Assembly: GCA_030390025.1 (NCBI GenBank)
Contig: CM059431.1
Location: forward strand, 130,140,001 to 130,204,000
Length of the DNA stretch: 64,000 nt
DNA from: Squalus acanthias
Taxonomy: Eukaryota
Direction of reading: 5' to 3'
The translations under genes and the position numbers were made by a program. Shown piece by piece: positions 62,804-64,000 of this stretch; position 1 is the first letter of the stretch, and each line of letters starts with the position of its first letter. The notes beneath the pieces are model-generated. The model saw only the letters and a list, made by a program, of their open reading frames with translations, did no database searches and was not told the DNA's origin.

Positions 62804-64000
62804 CTCACAAAGGCCTTCGACACTGTCAACCGTGAGGGATTATGGAGTGTCCTCCTCAAATTTGGCTGCACTCAGAACTTTGTCACCATCCTCCACCTGC
62901 TTCATGACGACATGCAAGCCATGATCCTGACCAACGGATCCACCACAGAACCAATTCCCGTACGGACCGGGGTCAAGCAAGGCTGTGTCATCGCACCAAT
63001 GCTCTTCTCGATCTTCCTTGCTGCAATGCTCCATCTCAGCCTCAGTAAGCTCCCCGCTGGAGTGGAGCTAATTTACAGAACAAATGGGAAACTGTTCAAA
63101 CTCCGTCGCCTCCAGTCCAGATCCAAAGTCGTCCCATCCTCTGTCGTCGAATTACAGTATGCAGACGACGCTTGCATCTGCGCTAACTCGGATGTCGAAA
63201 TCCAAACCATCGTCAGAACCTTCACCAAAGCGTACGAGAGCATGGGCCTTACACTAAACATCCGTAAGACAAAGGTCCTCTACCAACCTGCCCCCGCCAC
63301 ACAGTACTGCCCCCCGATTATCAAAATCCACGACAAGGCCTCGGACAACGTGGACCACTTTCCATACCTCGGGAGCCTACTGTCAACAAGGGCAGACGTC
63401 GATGACGAAGTCCAACACCGCCTTCAGTGTGCCAGTGCAGCCTTCGGTCACCTGAGGAAGAGAGTGTTTGAAGACCAGGACCTCAAACCCGGCAATAAGC
63501 TCATGGTCTACAGAGCAGCAGTGATACCCGCCCTGCTGTATGCCTCAGAGACATGGACCATGTACAGAAGGCACCTCAAAGCACTGGAGAGGTACCACCA
63601 ATGCTGCCTCCGCAAGATCCTGCAAATCCATTGGGAGTATCGGCGCACCAACACCAGTGTTCTTGCTCAGGCCAGCATCGAAGCTTTGACCACGCTCGAT
63701 CAGCTCCGATGGACAGGTCATATCGTCTGCATGCCCGATACGAGACTCCCAGAACAAGCGCTCTACTCGGAGCTCCGACACGGCAAGAGAGCCCCAGGTG
63801 GGCAGAGGAAACGCTTCAAGGACACTCTCAAAGCCTCCTTGAAAAAGTGCAACATCCCCACTGACACCTGGGAATCCCTGGCCCAAGACCGCACAAAGTG
63901 GAGGAGAAGCATCCGGGAAGGCGCTGAACACCTTGAGTCTCTTCGCCGGGAGCAAGCGGAAGCCAAGCGCAAGGAGCGCACGTCAACCCAAGCACCCCAC
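62804..64000 (+). mobile_element. RTE-clade LINE, non-inverted RT and C-terminal segment, open to the window end
   Basis: Manual translation LTKAFDTV...GVKQGCVIAP...LQYADD...YLGS with no stop in 399 codons. Confidence 0.93.

Overview
Eukaryotic, repeat-saturated vertebrate DNA. It is most likely from a cartilaginous fish, inferred from HE1-like V-SINEs, SacSINE1-like DeuSINEs and HER1-like CR1 LINEs with esterase ORF1. I found no convincing host exon, so the window is intergenic or deep intronic, and most ORF-track entries are transposon fragments or antisense shadows. It holds about 12 PIF/Harbinger elements or fragments (convergent DDE transposase and spliced Myb/SANT genes, deletion derivatives, MITEs), several CR1 LINEs, L2 LINEs, a young 5'-inverted RTE LINE, two solo LTRs with 4-bp TSDs, four Penelope-derived insertions (three with hammerhead-ribozyme motifs), SINEs and a Tc1/mariner MITE, often nested up to four deep. 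I cannot claim a new biological system. The best leads are unexplained nested inverted repeats at 58.1-59.8 kb, a repeat-spacer array inside a Harbinger end at 35 kb, a Penelope mini-element with opposed hammerheads at 26 kb, MITE hairpins conserved despite sequence change, relaxed Harbinger TSDs, a twin-priming-type RTE inversion and a 104-bp flanking duplication. Family names come from motif recognition, not database searches. Boundaries without a TSD or TIR are approximate.
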